Positions 60,774 to 64,000 of a stretch of 64,000 nt of DNA are shown one piece after another. The DNA lies in assembly GCA_903864935.1 (NCBI GenBank), contig CAIPHT010000006.1, positions 37,129-101,128 of the forward strand. Reading direction: 5' to 3'. How positions within the stretch are numbered: position 1 is the stretch's first letter; every line of letters begins with the position of its first letter. Source of the stretch: Candidatus Vogelbacteria bacterium (GTDB lineage Bacteria; Patescibacteriota; Minisyncoccia; Phycocordibacterales; XYD1-FULL-46-19). Made by a program: the position numbers and the translations under genes. The notes under the pieces are model-generated. The model ran no database searches. It was given only the letters and a program-made list of their open reading frames with translations, and was not told the DNA's origin.

Positions 60774-61311
60774 ACCCAACCCGCCCGTCTGTTAAGCCAC
60801 CGGCAAGCCCGTCGTCTTGATGAGACGGGCTTTGCTATTACTTTAAATTATAAATAAGCGATTTTTAAGGCGAAAAGTGAAAAAAATCGAAAAATGACCA
60901 AATTTGGCTTTTTGAGGATCTTTAAGAAAATAGCGATATTAACACTTTTTGACGGCCGTCAGGAAATGTTAATAAGGGTTCGGGGTCAGAAATTTAGCGA
61001 TAAGTTGACAGAGAAGTGAAGAAAATATTTTTGGAAAATAATTTTTAGACGGCAGGGTAGGGGGTTTTAATATCGCAAAATGCATTGTCCGACGTCAAGG
61101 CACACATCGGACAATGCCCTTCGATTTTGCAACATTAAGCCTACGGCTTATGTCGCAAAATCTATGTTGTGCGACATATACCATAGTTATCCACAGCTAG
61201 CTAAAAGCCCTCCCCCTTTACAAGATTGACAATTTGTTTCACATTTGATAATCTATCTTTCAGACAAAGTGGTGAGCAACTAGTGCTTACCCAAACAAAA
61301 AGGAGAAGTCC

Positions 61312-61527
61312 ATGCCCCACGTACCAGACCCGAACCCCATCATAGGGAAAGCTCATGAAGATGCCCTCTCCCCCGCCCTGGAGGAAGAGGGTGGGCAAGC
61401 CGCATTCAGGCCGGACCCGACACCTTTCCACCGGGCAGTCCTCAAAAGCATGCAGAGGCAGGAAAGAAACCTGCCCCCGAGCCTGAGGCGGGTAAACGGC
61501 CACATGGTGGCCAGCTACAGCGACTAG
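61312..61527 (+). CDS. Small hypothetical protein (71 aa, Pro-rich).
   Basis: Strong SD aaaggagaag 7 nt upstream. Terminator at 61553-61596. Preferred over the overlapping minus-strand ORF 61201-61671. Confidence 0.3.
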   Translation: MPHVPDPNPIIGKAHEDALSPALEEEGGQAAFRPDPTPFHRAVLKSMQRQERNLPPSLRRVNGHMVASYSD

Positions 61528-61552
61528 CCCCCGGGAGGGGCAAAAGAGATTC

Positions 61553-61596
61553 CCCCGGCGCGACTGCAACAAGCAGAGCGCCGGGGCTTTTTTATT
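61553..61596 (+). terminator. Rho-independent terminator.
   Basis: CCCCGGCGC-gactgcaacaagcaga-GCGCCGGGG followed by CTTTTTTATT. Confidence 0.65.
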
Positions 61597-61713
61597 ATTT
61601 TTTATAATTTGACTGAGTACTATTTTAATAGTATAAATAAACACAGAAAGTTCGCCGGTGCCGTGTGGCACTGACTGTCAAAAAAGTTGCAAACAGAACA
61701 GAGGAGAGAGGTC

Positions 61714-62262
61714 ATGAAGAAACTGGTTTTTGTCTTTCTTGCGCTCGTAATGTTTATTCCCCAGGCCACAGTTCAAGCCGACTCACGGCCCTTCGTGCCA
61801 TACTTATGGGCAAGGGAGATGTCTATTCCCTACTTCGCGTTCGGCGTCCCCGACAAAGAAGCCGGGAAGTTTGTGGAGGGGGTAATGTTAAATCCACCCA
61901 CCATCAGCCTGGAGAAAGGCGAGGTGGGGAGGGTCTTCTTCCTGTACAAGGACAAGTTAACGGGAGAAGAAAGTCATTGTTTCTTCCGTCTCAGCGACCT
62001 AACGGGAGACCCACGGGAGACCGAGTGGTGGCAGAAGACCATCTATCGCTTCCCGGCCGACAATCTTCGCAAGATGGTCGATGAGGCAGCGAGTGTAAAG
62101 ACTTGTCCCGAAGGAGAAAAGGTCACCGATCTTATCCTCGCCGACATGGTAGCCCGTGGCTATGCCACCAAAGACGAGATTGGCAAGGAACGCCTACCTC
62201 TAACTCGCACCCGTGAGATTATGCGCAATTACACAGGGGAAATAGAGATCGCCATCTTCTGA
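61714..62262 (+). CDS. Secreted hypothetical protein (182 aa).
   Basis: SD gaggagagagg upstream. Signal peptide MKKLVFVFLALVMFIPQATVQA. A bidirectional terminator hairpin follows at about 62283-62325. Confidence 0.45.
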   Translation: MKKLVFVFLALVMFIPQATVQADSRPFVPYLWAREMSIPYFAFGVPDKEAGKFVEGVMLNPPTISLEKGEVGRVFFLYKDKLTGEESHCFFRLSDLTGDPRETEWWQKTIYRFPADNLRKMVDEAASVKTCPEGEKVTDLILADMVARGYATKDEIGKERLPLTRTREIMRNYTGEIEIAIF

Positions 62263-62316
62263 CCAACCCCCCCCAGACAGTAAAAGCCCCGTCTCGCCTA
62301 GTGCGAGGCCGGGGCT

Positions 62317-62508
62317 TTAGTTTTGAACCATATCGGCCCCCTCGATCTGCACCGGCATTTTGTCGCCCTCAAGGCGTGATAAGCGCCCCAAGCCAAAGGC
62401 CAAGACAGCCACCAGGATAACAAGCAAGGCCACGAAGAGCTCTTTCTCATAATCTCTTAGCTTCCCCAGTTTGCCCTTGATTTTTTCCCCTATTTGATTT
62501 ATACTCAT
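62317..62508 (-). CDS. Possible small membrane protein (63 aa).
   Basis: TM helix LFVALLVILVAVLAFGL. No clear SD. Confidence 0.2.
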   Translation of the reverse strand: MSINQIGEKIKGKLGKLRDYEKELFVALLVILVAVLAFGLGRLSRLEGDKMPVQIEGADMVQN

Positions 62509-62537
62509 ATGGTTAATATTATACCAATTATAGCAAT

Positions 62538-62816
62538 ATGGCACATAGAAAAGCAGGTGGTACTGCCAAAAACTTAAGAGACTCTAATCCTAAGTACCTA
62601 GGAACCAAATTATATGACGGTGAGGCCACTCAGTCTGGTAGCATTATTATTCGTCAGCGTGGCACCAAGATTATGGCTGGTAAGAATACTGCTGTTGGTA
62701 AGGACCACACTATCTACGCCAAGACCGCCGGTACCGTTAAGTTTGGCACCAAGCGCAAGCTCGGCTTCAATGGCAAGACTAAGATTATGCGTTCAGTCTC
62801 AGTCGAGGCTAAATAG
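62538..62816 (+). CDS. rpmA: 50S ribosomal protein L27.
   Basis: [24 protein letters not shown]...IIIRQRGTK...GKDHTIYA matches the L27 consensus. Confidence 0.9.
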   Translation: MAHRKAGGTAKNLRDSNPKYLGTKLYDGEATQSGSIIIRQRGTKIMAGKNTAVGKDHTIYAKTAGTVKFGTKRKLGFNGKTKIMRSVSVEAK

Positions 62817-63252
62817 CCTCCACCAAAATAAGAATATCTTTACGAGAGTCGCCCGCTTTGAGGGCGATTTTTGTTTCCCCTACTTCCTTGATTGGTTTGT
62901 CGAGAATAATAAGATCAGCGGGCAATTCTACCCCCACAGTCTTCTTTATCGCTTCGGCAATATCTTTAGCATGGAGAGAAGCAAATAAGTGGCCAGCACC
63001 ATTGGCCTTAACCTTGATAACCAGGGGACTCTCCCCTACTCTCATCAAAAATTGATCGACGAGAGAAATTGTTTTTTTCACCTGCTCCACTTGTCCCTGC
63101 TTAAGACCCAAAACTCGCGAGAGGTTCGCTGGGCTAGCCAAAATAGCTTTATTATTGCCTAATAAGAAATTTCGCGCGAAGCCATCGTTGACCTCCTTCA
63201 CCTCATGCTTGCGTCCCACCTTAGCGACGTCTTGTAATAAGATAATCTTCAT
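62809..63252 (-). CDS. rplI: 50S ribosomal protein L9.
   Basis: [31 protein letters not shown] is the L9 N-domain. 147 aa. Confidence 0.85.
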   Translation of the reverse strand: MKIILLQDVAKVGRKHEVKEVNDGFARNFLLGNNKAILASPANLSRVLGLKQGQVEQVKKTISLVDQFLMRVGESPLVIKVKANGAGHLFASLHAKDIAEAIKKTVGVELPADLIILDKPIKEVGETKIALKAGDSRKDILILVEAI

Positions 63253-63264
63253 TCTTCTGTTGTA

Positions 63265-64000
63265 CTACTTCTTCAGTAAAATTTCAACCGCTTTGTCCAT
63301 CTGAGGATCTTTGCCTGCCTTGGCATCATCGATAGTGAACGGGACGACGACATCTGGCTTGAGGCCATTAAGAGAGATCGAGTGATTCTTTGGTGTATAC
63401 CACTTAGCAATAGTGACTTTAATTGAGCTATCACCAAGCGGAATTAATTCCTGTACTGAGCCTTTGCCAAAGGTCTGCTCGCCCACCAACTTGGCTTTAC
63501 CATATTCAGACAAAGCACCGGCCAGAATTTCGGAGGCTGAGGCACTCCCCTTGTCGACAAGAATAACCATCTTAAGTTTGTCGCTGAAGATGTCGTAACC
63601 CTGACTGCGATAAACCTTATCGGGAACTTTACCACCATGCTTCTCTACCACCACCGGTTTACCTGAGGGCAAGAACCAGCTGGCCATATCTACGGCCGCA
63701 TCCAAGAAGCCTCCGGGATTACCTCTTAAATCAAGAATTAACTTGTCAGACTTTGTGTCAACAAATTGTTTCAAAGCATCACGGAAGAGGCCCGGCGAAA
63801 CTGCCGAGAAATTGTAGAGGCGTATAACAAAGACGCCGTTATCCATCTTCTTAGTATCAATGGTCGGGATAGTAATAACCTCGCGCTTGATAGATACATC
63901 GAACGGTTTGTCTTTGTCCGTCATCTTCGTTGAAGAAGCCAAACGCAATACGCTCAATTTAACAACCGTTCCCTCTGGCCCACGAATCAGGTTGACTGCT
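63265..64000 (-). CDS. C-terminal processing (S41 family) peptidase, partial. The N-terminus lies beyond the window end.
   Basis: LDLRGNPGG, GSASASEI and FGKG are S41 motifs. The reading frame stays open to position 64000. Confidence 0.75.
   Translation of the reverse strand, partial: AVNLIRGPEGTVVKLSVLRLASSTKMTDKDKPFDVSIKREVITIPTIDTKKMDNGVFVIRLYNFSAVSPGLFRDALKQFVDTKSDKLILDLRGNPGGFLDAAVDMASWFLPSGKPVVVEKHGGKVPDKVYRSQGYDIFSDKLKMVILVDKGSASASEILAGALSEYGKAKLVGEQTFGKGSVQELIPLGDSSIKVTIAKWYTPKNHSISLNGLKPDVVVPFTIDDAKAGKDPQMDKAVEILLKK

Noticed and set aside
61201-61671. Minus-strand 156-aa ORF
   Set aside because: It overlaps a plus-strand ORF that has a strong SD and a downstream plus-strand terminator. 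High-GC region. The plus-strand gene is preferred, though neither is certain.
1-64000. CRISPR array
   Set aside because: No run of regularly spaced identical direct repeats with unique spacers. All the repeats I found are isolated palindromes or pairs flanking genes.
1-64000. tRNA or rRNA genes
   Set aside because: I scanned GC-rich intergenic stretches for T-loop GTTCRANYC with acceptor-stem pairing and found nothing convincing. The window is otherwise densely protein-coding.

Overview
This 64-kb window comes from a moderate-GC (about 43-46 %) bacterial chromosome with a reduced-genome flavour. I base that on the compact, tightly packed housekeeping genes, the 609-aa AlaRS that lacks the C-terminal domain, and the archaeal-type AspRS. 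Most genes are on the + strand.

The core content, in order, is:
- a macAB-like efflux trio (adaptor, FtsX permease, ATPase), then leuS, a sigma-70 region-4 protein, mltG, mnmA and alaS;
- an AT-rich block carrying a methyltransferase, a NUDIX hydrolase and hypotheticals, then an 820-aa FtsA/PilM-like membrane protein;
- a ribosomal/RNAP block (infA, rpmJ, rpsM, rpsK, rpsD, rpoA, rplQ, rplM, rpsI);
- grpE and dnaK, separated from dnaJ by an insertion;
- pyrD, tyrS, an M28 peptidase, an ABC-F ATPase, a SET-domain protein, an orphan histidine kinase, trpS, and a T-box-controlled type-2 aspS;
- scpA and scpB, split by a methyltransferase-like gene;
- the cell-wall block dacA-like, mraY, ftsW/rodA, murG, then gltX, an M23 peptidase, an SLT transglycosylase, rpmA, rplI, and a partial S41 peptidase at the window edge.

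The accessory layer is the unusual part:
- There is a REPtron: an IS200-like RAYT (Y1/HUH) transposase flanked by 23-bp REP hairpins. Three further REP copies occur, one of them inside the RAYT coding sequence.
- Several additional palindromic-repeat families are present. One family, built on 13-bp arms GAAGTCCAACTTC / GAAGTTGGACTTC with 37-bp and about 68-bp size classes, is inserted in frame three times into pyrD and once into mnmA, where it is translated without stop codons.
- LeuS carries a 175-residue YdeN/RBBP9-type serine-hydrolase domain inserted just upstream of the CP1 editing domain.
- A GC-rich island encodes a radical-SAM/SPASM maturase with an N-terminal PqqD-like RRE, plus an unannotated 58-aa Cys-containing precursor ORF immediately upstream. 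That looks like a RiPP locus, and it sits next to an ABC-F ATPase.
- Two short PaaX-like proteins (wHTH plus a Cas2-like core) are each framed by palindromic or direct repeats that share an ACGRCCGT core.
- Other GC-rich islands are a two-gene insertion with identical RBSs and a tandem pair of small-protein cassettes with near-identical leaders and terminators.

Many genes have TATAAT 5-8 nt upstream of the ATG and no Shine-Dalgarno sequence, which suggests leaderless mRNAs are frequent here. I found no CRISPR array and no tRNA or rRNA gene.
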